From: a virus
Taxonomy: Duplodnaviria > Caudoviricetes
Virus record (IMG/VR): IMGVR_UViG_3300014969_000017
Span: 8,795-72,794 of that record
DNA length: 64,000 nucleotides
Direction: 5' to 3' (one strand)
The translations under genes and the position numbers were made by a program. Each line of letters opens with the position of its first letter. The stretch's first letter is position 1. The notes under the pieces are model-generated. The model did not search any database. It saw only the letters and a list, made by a program, of their open reading frames with translations, and was not told where the DNA came from. Below, piece after piece: positions 9,653 to 20,400 of this stretch.

Positions 9653-10920
9653 ATGACCCCCAGTAGCCGCTGGCGATACGCCGACAGCGACTTCGGCTGC
9701 TCACCGGGCATCAGCACATACTCGTCGGGCAGGAGCGCCACCTTCTGCGTGGCGTAGGGGCGCTCGCCGGGCGGCAGGTTCTTGTGCGTACCATCGGCCT
9801 CGTAGTTCTGGCGACCAAAGTTGACCCACGAATTCTGGCCGCGTGTCTCCGTCGTTAGTGCTCGCCGCGCCGGGAACGTCAGCATCTGCGAGTGCGACCG
9901 CCACGCGTTCTCCTCGCCACGCGGCCCGAAGCCATACCCGCCTGCGGCGTGGCCGAAGTAGTCGTGGACGGCGCGGAACTTCTCGTTCAGGGACAAGCCG
10001 GTCTTGTCTTTCGACTTCGCCCCGATCAACGGGTGCGGCTCGCCACCCGTGTAGAAGTACATGTGCTTGTTGTTCTTCACGTCCGCAACCATCTCGGTCG
10101 AGGTCTGGTAGGGCTGACCGTCTTGCGTCCACGGCTCCAGCGTCATGCCGCTGGCAACGATGTGATCCCACTGCTGCTGAATCTCGGTGCTCAGCGCGGC
10201 GTAGGCTTCCTTGACCTTGGGGTTGTCTTGGTCGTCGGCTGGCAGCGCGTCGTACGCGTCCGCGATGTCACGGGCGCGTGGCTGGCTGACCTCGATGTAG
10301 GTGCTGTGATCGACCGGCGGGAGGCCGTGCGCCTCGTTGTAGCTATCCGCTACGCGGCTGGCGGCGGGGTCGGCTCCGGGTCTGGCGTGCGTCGTGGCGG
10401 CGGGGGCGGATACCGATCCTCCTCCTCCTCCGTCAGTTCCCGATCCTTGCGGTTGTCCGTCGGCGTGTCCGCCATCGCCTGCTCCTTCGCTGAATTTGCC
10501 GTCATCGGCACGGGGGTGCTGGCCCTCGTCCCACTCAAGGTGACGTGCATCTATACTATCATAGTTCGCGACCGCCAGTGTCAGGGCCAGCTTGTCCCGG
10601 TAACTCAGGTCCACCGGTGGCTGGTCCGACCCCTCGATGCGGTGCTTCAGCCAGCCGCAGAACGCCTTCGGGTCGTCCTTGTCCGGATTCTTCTCGACGC
10701 AGTCCGCGAAGTCTTCATAGTCCGCGAACGGCATGGTAATCACCTCGCCCACGGGAAGCGCCAGCGACCGCTCCTGCGTGACCGCGAGCATGATGACCTC
10801 GCCGTTGTCGAACTTTGCAATCGCTGTCGTGGCCTGATCGGGGTCCACCAGTTGATCGTTCAACAAGTAGGCGATGGTGGCCCAGCGGCCGTCGATCTTG
10901 TCGCGTTGCAGGCTCGGCAT
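9649..10920 (-). CDS. tagged multi-domain protein with putative metal-dependent domain
   Basis: Start trimmed to MPSLQR; WDEGQHPRADDGKF tag; FRAVHDYFGH...GEENAW...TETRGQNSW domain. Confidence 0.6.
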   Translation of the reverse strand: MPSLQRDKIDGRWATIAYLLNDQLVDPDQATTAIAKFDNGEVIMLAVTQERSLALPVGEVITMPFADYEDFADCVEKNPDKDDPKAFCGWLKHRIEGSDQPPVDLSYRDKLALTLAVANYDSIDARHLEWDEGQHPRADDGKFSEGAGDGGHADGQPQGSGTDGGGGGSVSAPAATTHARPGADPAASRVADSYNEAHGLPPVDHSTYIEVSQPRARDIADAYDALPADDQDNPKVKEAYAALSTEIQQQWDHIVASGMTLEPWTQDGQPYQTSTEMVADVKNNKHMYFYTGGEPHPLIGAKSKDKTGLSLNEKFRAVHDYFGHAAGGYGFGPRGEENAWRSHSQMLTFPARRALTTETRGQNSWVNFGRQNYEADGTHKNLPPGERPYATQKVALLPDEYVLMPGEQPKSLSAYRQRLLGVM

Positions 10921-13727
10921 CACTGCGTCTCCGGCGCATCCCAATCGAGCAGGAGCACCTGTTCCCGGTCCGTGACCTCGTCGCGCTCGATGGCCGACAA
11001 CGCGACCCGCTCGATGCCGTGCGTCTTGTCGTACGCGTGCATCTTCGCCAGTGCCCGGCGCGTCGGCATCTTGATGCGGTAGATCGGCACCTTCATCTCC
11101 GGGTGCTCCAGCGCCAGCGCGGCGGCTGCGGCCCAGTGGTGATGCCCGTCGAGCACGCGGTTCCCCTGCGACACCAAGACCGGCTTGAACGGCTTGCCCT
11201 TGCTTTCGAGCTTGTCCAGCTTCTCGGCGGCGCGGCGTGCGGAGATTTCTTTCTGCGAGGGCGCGAGCGTCAGCGGGTTCACCATCTCCCGCGTCACCGT
11301 GACACCGGCATCTCGCAGCGACTGGAGGAACGGCTCGCGATGCTCGGGCGGAATCTGCGGCATGTCCGCACGGGCGATGCCCAGTCCGTTGCCGCCGAAG
11401 ATGAGATGCCCGTTGACGTGCAGATCGGTAAGGTCCGCGTCCAGTCCCTGCTTGAGCGCCTTCTTCAGTAAGGCCCGGACGTGATGCGGATCGATGTTGG
11501 TCTTGTGGCCGTCCAGCAGCGAATGCAGCGCCTCGCCGGGCGAGTGCGAGTCCTCGAACTGACCGCGTGCATCGCGTGGGTGCTCGCCTTCGTCCCATTC
11601 CAGTTGCAGCGCCTTGAGCTTGTCGCGGTAGAGCGAGGTCGGCTTCTCCGGCACAGCGTCCGCAGGATCATCGGGAAAGTCCTCGCCCAGTAAATCGCGC
11701 CACAGGTCGCGGTCGGCACGCGTGCCGTCAGGCTCCTCGTAAAACATCTCGCGACTGCCCGGCCGTGGCGTCGGCGGCGGCGGGTCGGTCGGCGGAGGCG
11801 TCGGCGGGTCGTCGGCAAAGTTGATGGGTGACAATCCCAGTCGCTCGCGATTCGCGTTGCGCTCCTTCTGCTCGGCCAGCACGTCGGCGCGTTCGCGCTT
11901 GCGTCGTTCGCGTTGCGCGACCGTCTCCTTGGCCTTTGCCTTCCGCTCCGCCTTGACGATCCGTGCCGCCGCGTCCTGTCCCTCGTTCTGTTGCCGCATC
12001 CCGGCGACCTCGCGGACCCGCGTCTCCAGTTCCGTCGCCAGCCGTGCTCGCTCTTGGTAGTCCGGGTGCGTCGTGCGTGCCGCCGGAGCCAACTCCTCCA
12101 GACGCGTGCGCAGCGCCGCAATGCGCGTCTCGCTCGCCGCAATCGCCCGGTCGCGTGCCTCACGTCCAGCCCGGATGTCGGCGGCTGTCTCGGCATCAGC
12201 CTTCGCACGCTCGCGTGCGGCCGTGCGCTCGGCCTTCTGTCGCACCGCACGATCAATCGCTCGCTCGGGACGCGGAGCCGGTGTCTTCGTGGCCGAGAGG
12301 TAACTGTGCAACCGACTCATCGCCTCTTTGTCATCGAGGCGGATTTGCCCGTACCAGTCACTGCCCAGCAGCACAGCGGACCCGATCTTCTTACCCTCGC
12401 TCGTCGCGTCGGCAATCGCCCACAGTTGCGTGTCATCGCCCTCCGTCTCGGTGGCGATGTCCTCCAGCGAGAGCCGCTCCTCGTGCGTGATCATGCCCCG
12501 GCGCTCGGCGCGGTCGATCAGGCTATCGATGTCAGGTCCGCCATGCTCGTCGCTATCGATCTTGAACCCAAACTTCGCCCACGCGTAGCCGCCCACGTCG
12601 ATGTTCGCGTGGACCGTGACCTTGTCCACGCCCATCTTTTCGTACTCGTCAAAGCTCGCACGGAGGAGATCCTTCGCAAGGCCACCGCCCGTGTTCCCCG
12701 CTTGGAAGTAGCTGTGATCCACCACAAGCTCGCCGTTGTAGTCGCGCTTGAACTCGCGGGTGATCTGCGTGCCAGCGGATCCGGCGAACTTGATGCGCAC
12801 CACTTCTTCGCCGCTGTAATTGCTGTCGTCCTGCTCGGTGCGCCACTCATCGAACGAGTCGTTGGGTTCAAAGTCCTGCCCAACGCCGTCCTCCCACTCG
12901 CTGCGCATCTGGTTGATGGACTTCTGCACAGGACCGCCCGTCTGCATCAGCCGCTCGCGCAGGATGGCCTTCTCGTCCTCGGACCACGGAGCCGACGGGT
13001 CCAGCCCCTCCACGAGATCCTCGTACTCAATCTTCTCGGCGGTGTCGCCCGGCTGAAAGGCTTCGCCTTCCCCTAACGGCAGCGTCGGAATCTCGCGCGT
13101 ATCACCATACGGACCCGTGCGCCGGGCCTCCTCGGCCTCGGCCTTCATCGACTCCCAGAGCGTGTCGATCTCGGCCGCGCGATCCCGACGCTCGGCCACC
13201 CAGTCGTTCCGGGCTTCCCGGCGCGACTGCTCGACGTACTCGTCATAGCTCTCGCGGAGTTCCTCCTCGTCGGGACCGCCGCCCTCGGTCATGATCGTGA
13301 CCGCGAACTTCTCCTGATCGGCGTACTGCACCATCGACTCGGCCAAGTCACGCACGGCCGCTTCGGAGTTCAGCCCCAGCACGTTCGACACGACCGCGTC
13401 ATTGGCCTCGTCGTCTACCCGGACGATGTTCTTGCCCTTGACGCTTTTCTTGCTGTAGCTGCCAGTGCCCTCACCGTCGCCCTCGGCGGACCCGCCGACC
13501 TCGCCCGGTCGCCCGGCATGCCCGAAGTTCCCGGAACCGGGACCGCCCAGATGCACGGGCGTCGGCTGGTACGGTTCGACCGTGAAGGTGGCCCGACCCC
13601 CGTCATCGAACACCACTCGCGCCACCACGGCCTTCGGGTGACGCGGCTCGACCGGCTGGCGGTCGGCGTCGAGGAACACGACCACGCCGTGGCGTCCGTC
13701 AATCGTGATCGGTTCCGGTTGAATCAT
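10920..13727 (-). CDS. tagged polyprotein: GNAT-like domain, coiled coil, ParB-like domain
   Basis: Start trimmed to MIQPEP; GGGLAKDLL...VHANIDVGGYAWAKFGF (GNAT-like); VLDGHHHWAA (ParB/Srx); two tags. Confidence 0.65.
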   Translation of the reverse strand: MIQPEPITIDGRHGVVVFLDADRQPVEPRHPKAVVARVVFDDGGRATFTVEPYQPTPVHLGGPGSGNFGHAGRPGEVGGSAEGDGEGTGSYSKKSVKGKNIVRVDDEANDAVVSNVLGLNSEAAVRDLAESMVQYADQEKFAVTIMTEGGGPDEEELRESYDEYVEQSRREARNDWVAERRDRAAEIDTLWESMKAEAEEARRTGPYGDTREIPTLPLGEGEAFQPGDTAEKIEYEDLVEGLDPSAPWSEDEKAILRERLMQTGGPVQKSINQMRSEWEDGVGQDFEPNDSFDEWRTEQDDSNYSGEEVVRIKFAGSAGTQITREFKRDYNGELVVDHSYFQAGNTGGGLAKDLLRASFDEYEKMGVDKVTVHANIDVGGYAWAKFGFKIDSDEHGGPDIDSLIDRAERRGMITHEERLSLEDIATETEGDDTQLWAIADATSEGKKIGSAVLLGSDWYGQIRLDDKEAMSRLHSYLSATKTPAPRPERAIDRAVRQKAERTAARERAKADAETAADIRAGREARDRAIAASETRIAALRTRLEELAPAARTTHPDYQERARLATELETRVREVAGMRQQNEGQDAAARIVKAERKAKAKETVAQRERRKRERADVLAEQKERNANRERLGLSPINFADDPPTPPPTDPPPPTPRPGSREMFYEEPDGTRADRDLWRDLLGEDFPDDPADAVPEKPTSLYRDKLKALQLEWDEGEHPRDARGQFEDSHSPGEALHSLLDGHKTNIDPHHVRALLKKALKQGLDADLTDLHVNGHLIFGGNGLGIARADMPQIPPEHREPFLQSLRDAGVTVTREMVNPLTLAPSQKEISARRAAEKLDKLESKGKPFKPVLVSQGNRVLDGHHHWAAAAALALEHPEMKVPIYRIKMPTRRALAKMHAYDKTHGIERVALSAIERDEVTDREQVLLLDWDAPETQ

Positions 13728-15970
13728 GGTGTGTGCTGGGCCTTCACCTTCGGGTACGTCTTGCGCAGTTGCAGCGCGTAGTCCTGCCACGACTTCGCCG
13801 GGACGCCTTCCTTCCACGGGCCACGCGGAGCCTGCTCATGGTACGCCGCGACCTCGGCCAGTGTTTCCTCCTCCGCGCGTTTCCACGCGGGACCAATCGC
13901 GTTCGGGGGTCCATCCCGCATTGCTGTCTCGTACGCCTCCCAGTACAGGCGCGAGTAGGCGGTGAAGCCATCGTCTTTGCGCATCGCGTGGCCGCGCTCG
14001 CTCAGGCCACGGTCGTCCATGACCGTCTTGCCGTCCTCGGCCGTCTTCCACGTCCCGAGGTAGGGGTCGCCCAAGGGAGCCGTCCGCGCCATTGCGGCCG
14101 ACGCAGGCCACCGGGCTTCGATCTCCGCCATGCGGCTCTCGCGCGGGTAGCCGTTCCGACCGAACAGGCGGTCCCACTCCGGTGTCGCATCCTGCACGAC
14201 CTTCCCGCCATCCCCGAAGACCCGCTGCCCCTGAGACGCCAGCTTGCTGATTTCATCGTGCTCCTTCGCCGCCACGATGCGCACCGTGTCGTGCTGCGCG
14301 TGCATGATCTCGTGCGACACCAGCCCCTGCGTGAACTCCGGGTTCCGCGCGAGGTTGCGGGAGTTGACCTCGATGCGCCCGGTGCCCGGATCGTAGTGTC
14401 CGCCCTCGTTCAACTGGCGACCAGCCACAGTGAAGCCGCGTGGCTCGATGTCCACTACGTCGATGCGCCCAGCGTCGAACCCTTGCCGCGTGGAGACAGT
14501 GTTCGTGATGATCTGCACCGTCTCCTGCCGCACTACCGGCGCGTGCGCTTCCACCGCCAGTCGGGCGGCGTGCTCCGCCTGCATCGCCTCTTGTCGCGCG
14601 TCGAACGACGTGTAATACGTCGGGTCTTGGTGGATCTCGTAGTCCCACCCGTGCTCGGCCCGGATCGCTTTCACCACCGCGAGGTGCGAGGCGAGCACGT
14701 CGGCATACCGCAGGGTCGCCTCCTTGAGTGCCGCCTGTCGCTTCTCCATCTCGCGCTGCGCGGGGCGTGCTGTCTCGCCTTCGCCATCAGTCCACTGGTT
14801 TCCACGGAAGGGATGTCCCTCCACGTCGCCCAGCAGGATGAGGCGTCGGCCGTCGGCCGACATGGTGATCTTTGGGTTCGCGGGGTCGAACGTCGTGTTG
14901 CCCGTGGCGCTCTTGATCTGCGTCGGCGCGAAGACGACGAAGTGCGTCGTGTCCGGGTTCATCCCCTTCATCGACTGACCGATCCGCCGCTGCGAACCGA
15001 ACTTGGTGTCTACCTCGCGGTCGATGACGCCGTCGAACCCGGCTCGCTCCAGCGCCGCCCGGAACACTTCCTTGTTGACCAAGGCACCGGTGTCGCTCTC
15101 GATGTAGCTGGCCTCCTCCGTGTCGTTCCACGCCTTGACCAGTTCGGAGGCCGTGATCATGTCGCGGTCCATGATCTTCTCGGTGAACTTCTCGACCGCC
15201 TCGTCGCCGCCGGAGTGCTGACTGGCTTCGTCGCGCAGTGCCGCCAGAAAATCTGGCAGCGTGCCTTCCTGCCCGACGATGTCACTATCGGAGTCGTTCG
15301 GATCGTCGTACACGTACTCCGAAGTCAGGACGGTTTCCCTGTGCGACGAGGTGCCGTTGGCATCGCCCACGACGAAGGGCTGCTGCATCGACACGTACGC
15401 GGGATAGATCGCGACGGACTTACCAGCCAGCGCCGCACGCGCCTGCTTCAGTGCGTCGTCGTGAGACAGATCCTCGTTCTCGCTTTGTAGGCGATCCACT
15501 TCGTGCTCGATGCGAGCCGTCAGGTCCGGACCTTCCCCGGCGTAGTTTTCCCCAGCGTCTTCCGGCTCGCTGGTGAAGTACACGCCAGCGCCCCAGTCCG
15601 ACTCGGGATTCAGTCCCTCGTCTCCGGCCTTCTTGAACTCCTCGATGTCGTGCGTCGTGCCGTGATAGACGACCAGCGGCTGGCCCTCGTCATCTACGAC
15701 CTTCGACTCTTTGAACCACGCCTTGAACCGGGGCGACTCGGTGCGGTCCCGGCCACTTCCGCCACCCTCGCCATCCGTCCACTGATTGCCCCTGAACGGG
15801 TGGCCTTCGACATCGCCCAGCAGGAGCGCGAGCCGCTCGCGGTAGGTCAGCGCCTTCTTGTCGGCGTCGTCCTTCGGCTTCGGTTTCGGGGGGACCGGCT
15901 TGATAATCCGGAACTCGCCCCATGTGAAGCGATCCGCGTCCGGCGGCACACTGGGCGGCGTGGCAGGCAT
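13724..15970 (-). CDS. tagged polyprotein: polyvalent-type ADP-ribosyltransferase plus zincin metallopeptidase
   Basis: FKAWFKESKVVD...PLVVYHGT...GVYFT...GFDGVI...VVFAPTQIKSATGN; second domain GGHYDP...SHEIMH (HExxH). Confidence 0.75.
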   Translation of the reverse strand: MPATPPSVPPDADRFTWGEFRIIKPVPPKPKPKDDADKKALTYRERLALLLGDVEGHPFRGNQWTDGEGGGSGRDRTESPRFKAWFKESKVVDDEGQPLVVYHGTTHDIEEFKKAGDEGLNPESDWGAGVYFTSEPEDAGENYAGEGPDLTARIEHEVDRLQSENEDLSHDDALKQARAALAGKSVAIYPAYVSMQQPFVVGDANGTSSHRETVLTSEYVYDDPNDSDSDIVGQEGTLPDFLAALRDEASQHSGGDEAVEKFTEKIMDRDMITASELVKAWNDTEEASYIESDTGALVNKEVFRAALERAGFDGVIDREVDTKFGSQRRIGQSMKGMNPDTTHFVVFAPTQIKSATGNTTFDPANPKITMSADGRRLILLGDVEGHPFRGNQWTDGEGETARPAQREMEKRQAALKEATLRYADVLASHLAVVKAIRAEHGWDYEIHQDPTYYTSFDARQEAMQAEHAARLAVEAHAPVVRQETVQIITNTVSTRQGFDAGRIDVVDIEPRGFTVAGRQLNEGGHYDPGTGRIEVNSRNLARNPEFTQGLVSHEIMHAQHDTVRIVAAKEHDEISKLASQGQRVFGDGGKVVQDATPEWDRLFGRNGYPRESRMAEIEARWPASAAMARTAPLGDPYLGTWKTAEDGKTVMDDRGLSERGHAMRKDDGFTAYSRLYWEAYETAMRDGPPNAIGPAWKRAEEETLAEVAAYHEQAPRGPWKEGVPAKSWQDYALQLRKTYPKVKAQHTP

Positions 15971-16200
15971 CAGTACAACTTTCTTGGGTAGTCCGGCGTG
16001 GGCGATACCCACGTGCCGCCCCAGACATTCAGGATGTGCTGCGCAAGACGCGCATCCTCAGTCGGCGCATAGTGCCCGTTCTCCGGCGGCTGCATCGACG
16101 GGGCGTTCAGCAACTCCGCGAACACCGCGTTCTCCGGCACCGACACGACGCCATCGCTGACCGTGACCGTTTCCCCGGTCGAGAGCTTGAGGGTGATCAT
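15970..16200 (-). CDS. small hypothetical protein (possible inhibitor/immunity partner)
   Basis: 76 aa ORF translationally coupled between two effector genes. Confidence 0.45.
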   Translation of the reverse strand: MITLKLSTGETVTVSDGVVSVPENAVFAELLNAPSMQPPENGHYAPTEDARLAQHILNVWGGTWVSPTPDYPRKLY

Positions 16201-17429
16201 GGCTTACTCCGATACTTGCCGTGCATCACGTCGAAGATGAACTTGAAATGCTCCGGCCGACTTTTCGAGAAGCCGATGGGGTCCATGATGTACGCCTCCA
16301 CGCCCGTCGAAACCATCTCCGTCGCAATGTCGTCCGGGTAGAGTTTGGCCGAGTACGGGTCCGGGAAGTTGCCACGCAGCGCGTGCTCATGGGCATCGAG
16401 GCCACCGTGAACCGTGTTCAGCGCATAGACCTCTCGCGGTTTCGTCGCCAGCGATTCTCGCAACTCCACTGCCGCCTTCAGCACCGCCGAGTGGTTCATC
16501 TCGATGTGGTGCGCGATCTCGTGATAGACCGTGCGGTCCAGTTCGCGTGCGTTGCCGATATTGATACCACCCAGCGTGGCGTTCGCACGCCCGTCTTTGG
16601 CTCGCCCCAGCCGCAAGGTCGCCGGGATCGAGAACGTCCCATCGGGATTCGTCACCAGCGGCGTCTTGTCTCCAAAGATTTCGCGAAACTTTTCGATCTG
16701 GTCGCCGGGGTATTTGTGTGGGACGAAGGCACCGGACCCGTCGTACTGCCGAAAGGTCGCCAGCGCCCGATTCGCGCCAGCCTCCACCGCCCCGTGCAAC
16801 TCCTGCGTGGACGTGAACGTCAAAGCCGACCGCTCCTCGTGCGGCACCTTCAGTAACTCTTTGGCTTGGGCGTTCGCCTCCGCACGCTGCTTCTGCGCCT
16901 CGTCGTACGCGGCGTGGAACGTGGCCGAGAGCGCCTCCATCTTCTTGTAGGAGTCGAGCTTCTTCGCCGCCGCGCCGTCGGCTTTCAGGGGCCGCTTGCG
17001 CTCGGTGATGTCCTTGCGCCACGCGTCAGACGCGGCCTTGATGTCGTTGCGCATGACATTCAGGGCGTCCTCGGTGTCTTCGCCCTTCTTGACCAGCGCG
17101 ACGAACCGGTGATGCAGCGCCTCGATGGGATCGCTGTCGCCCTCAGCCGATCCGCCGACTTCGCCCGGTCGCCCCGCGTGACCGAAGTTGCCGCTGCCTG
17201 CTCCGCCCAGCAGGTACGCCAGCTTCTCGCGATAGGTCAGGTGATGCGGGTCAGGTGGCGGCTCCGGCTCCGGCGCGGGTGACTCGGCTACGGTGAAGAA
17301 TGCAGTGCCGCCATCATCGAACACGACCTTCGCCATCGTCGCCTTCGCCGCTGGGACCGGGTGCCAGTCCGCATCGAGATAGACGACGCTACCGGATCGA
17401 CCGTCGATGGTGATGGACTCGGGCGTCAT
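16197..17429 (-). CDS. tagged zincin-like metallopeptidase
   Basis: Start trimmed to MTPESI (ATGA overlap with the upstream stop); VYHEIAHHIE...TEMVSTGVE. Confidence 0.7.
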   Translation of the reverse strand: MTPESITIDGRSGSVVYLDADWHPVPAAKATMAKVVFDDGGTAFFTVAESPAPEPEPPPDPHHLTYREKLAYLLGGAGSGNFGHAGRPGEVGGSAEGDSDPIEALHHRFVALVKKGEDTEDALNVMRNDIKAASDAWRKDITERKRPLKADGAAAKKLDSYKKMEALSATFHAAYDEAQKQRAEANAQAKELLKVPHEERSALTFTSTQELHGAVEAGANRALATFRQYDGSGAFVPHKYPGDQIEKFREIFGDKTPLVTNPDGTFSIPATLRLGRAKDGRANATLGGINIGNARELDRTVYHEIAHHIEMNHSAVLKAAVELRESLATKPREVYALNTVHGGLDAHEHALRGNFPDPYSAKLYPDDIATEMVSTGVEAYIMDPIGFSKSRPEHFKFIFDVMHGKYRSKP

Positions 17430-20400
17430 GACCGCGCCTTCTGTTGATGCCACGCGTGCATGCCCTTCGTGAACGCGACCCACGCGGACTTGGGACCGAG
17501 TCCCGTCGATTGCAGGCGAATCTTGCCGTCCGCCACCGACGCCTTGGCCGGTTCTTCATTCCACGACTTGGGCGCGATCAGCCAGCGCGTGACCTCGGCC
17601 ACGGTTTCGTTGATCGCCGTGTCGTACGTGCCGTGTCCACGCACACGCACGGCTTCAGGCGTCCAGTACGACTTCGCGTAGGCGCTGTGGCCGTTCTCTT
17701 TGATGATCTTGTCCGAGAGGCCCGTGAACATCTTCCCGTCGTGGAGGTTGGCCCACACCGCCGACGCGGGAAACTCTCGCGCCAGTTGCTCGCGCATCCC
17801 CGGCTTCACCGTCGTCTCCCCGAACCGGTGCGGCTGGTCGAACCGCTCATAGAACCAGTCCGTGCCCTTCTCGTCGTTGTAGTGCCCGGACAGCACCTTG
17901 TACCGCTCGTCCTCGGCTTCCAGTTCGTCTTTGAACTGGTCGTAGATCGCATGCGAGACTTCGTGCGCCGCGATCCCTTTCACGGCTGGCACGTCCCCGT
18001 ACGCAAGGTTCCGGGCGTTGATTTCGATCTGCTTCGTGGCCGGGTTGTAGTGCCCACCCTCCCGGAATTCCTTCGTGCCCACCGTGAATGTCGATGGCTC
18101 CTTGTCCACAACGTGAATCGTGGACGGATCGACGCCCATGTCCTTCGCCACGGCGTGCGAGAGGTTCGTGATCACCTCTACGCGCATCGGGGACGCCTGA
18201 TCGTCGTATGCCTTCTGCGCAGCCTTGGCGGCATCGTACGCAGCGAGCATCGCGTCTTTCGTCGCGCGGAAGTCCGGGTCCGCATTGCGCCGGGCCTCTA
18301 GCGCCTCGGCGCGTCGGCCGTACTCCTCGTCGCTGGCTGGCGGAATCAGCAAGCTCTCCCACGTGCCGTACCGCTGCTCGACCAGTCTGATCGACGCCCG
18401 GTGCGCTTCCTTCGCATCGTGCAAGGCGGCGTCGGCCGCGCGTGAGGCCACCAGCCGCTCCACCCACTTCCGCCGCTCTGGGCCAGCCCCTTCAATCGTC
18501 GCCAGTGCCTCGGTGTCAGCAGACTCGGTGTCACGCTGCACAAACGCGCTCGGTCCCTCACTGGACGATCCGCCCACCTCGCCGGGACGGCCTGCGTGAC
18601 CGAAGTTGCCAGAGCCGGGACCACCGAGATCGAGCGAGGGCAAAGTTTCCCGCCGAGAAACTTTGCTACTCAGGTCTTTCTTCCCCTCGCTGCTGCCGCC
18701 GCCGATATATTCCAGCACCACGTCGATGGGTTCGACCGCCTTCATCTTCGGATCGGACGACGTGATACGCCGGGGACCGCGCTGCACGCTGACGATGCGG
18801 AACTGCGCTCCGCTCCCCAGCAGGATCTCGGCCTCGCTGCGCTGGTTCGTCTCGTGCAGCCGATCCATCTTGATGGTCGGCTTTGCCGTGAAATCCGGGC
18901 GCGTGTAGTCGCTGGCCTTGAGGCCGTTCGGTGTCCCGTCGTCGTTAGTCAGCCATTCCGGGTGATCGAACACGGCCGGGTCTTGCACCTTGGGGTACGC
19001 GTAGTCCACACGGCGGAGCGTCTCCACCGGCGCGACCTTGGTACCTGCTGGCAAGATGATAGAGATCCGCATCGGCGCAGCGACCTCGTCCTGCCGCGTG
19101 TAGATCGCGCTCGACCCTTCCTTGTCCGCGTAGCGTTTGTAGAGGCTCTCGGCCTTCCCGCCCAGCACGTAGCTGTCGAGCCGATTGCCCGGATTGCCCA
19201 GCATCGTGGAGGTGAAGCCGCGTTCCTCCGTGATGCCGCCCTCCTGCGCCTTCAGATCCTCGTACGACAAGCCGGGCACGTAGGCCGCACGCGTCACTTC
19301 CATCGGCTCGGGGAGCACGTACCCGTGCTCGCGAATCAGGCTGTTGATCGCCGCAACATGCTTGTCCAGTTCCCGCGCACGCGCCCGATCCGGCACCGCT
19401 CGCTGGACGCTGTAGAACACCTTCTCGCCGGTCGCCGGATTGACCGTGAACGCATTCCGGATGATGCGACCATCCTCGACCTTGTTGATGGGATCATCCG
19501 GATCGTACGCCTTCGCCTCGCTCTTGCCCGTCGGCCTGAACGCGGCAATCTCCGCCTCGGTCGCCGGGCGCACAAACTCATTCACCGTGTCCGGCACGAA
19601 CGACCCGCGCAGTTGTGCGTTGATGTCCGCGTAGCTGAACCCGGCGTAGTTGTTGACGGCCTCCACCTCGTGGGGTGGCAAACTCCGGACGTACGTCTCC
19701 ATCTCGGGACGCTCGTGCCAGTCGTACCCTTCGTTGCCTTTGAACTGGCGCACGGCCTGCGTCACGCCAGCGCCACCGCCCACCACGTCGGTGTACTGGT
19801 TCCCCCGGAACGGATGGCCCTCCACATCACCAAGATTGATGGACAGATGGTGCGGCTTCGCGATCAGCGCATGAATCGGAGCCAGCACCGACGCGTGCTT
19901 GAACGTGTGCTTCCCGGACGGCTCCTGCGTCATCTGCCGCGCGACGAACGGATACGACGAGGCGTCGGCATGGAAGAACGCCAGTTGCAGCGTGGCGAAG
20001 TCCGTCGCGTTCATGCCGACCTTCTGGGCCTTCGCGCCCAAGATGGTCGCGACCTCCTGCGGCGTGCGCTGGGACCGCATGCCTTCGTGCGCTCGCAGCA
20101 GCGGCCCGATCATGTCGTGGTTCAGCAGTTCGGTCGCGAGCGACACGTCCCGTTCCGTGAAGCCTTCCCGGCGCAGGACGCGTTGCAGGATCGGGATGGT
20201 GTGTTCGTGCTGCGAGCCGCCCGACTCCCGCGCGTCGGCCTTCCCGATGTCGTGCAGCGGAATCGCTGCGGCCATCAGCTTGCCCACGTCGGACCCGAAC
20301 CGGCCGGAGATCCCAGACAACTCCTCGGGCGTCAGTTGCGTGGCCCACGTGCGACCCACGTCGCGCGTGTGCGCCTCGATGCTGCCCATCTCGGTGTAGC

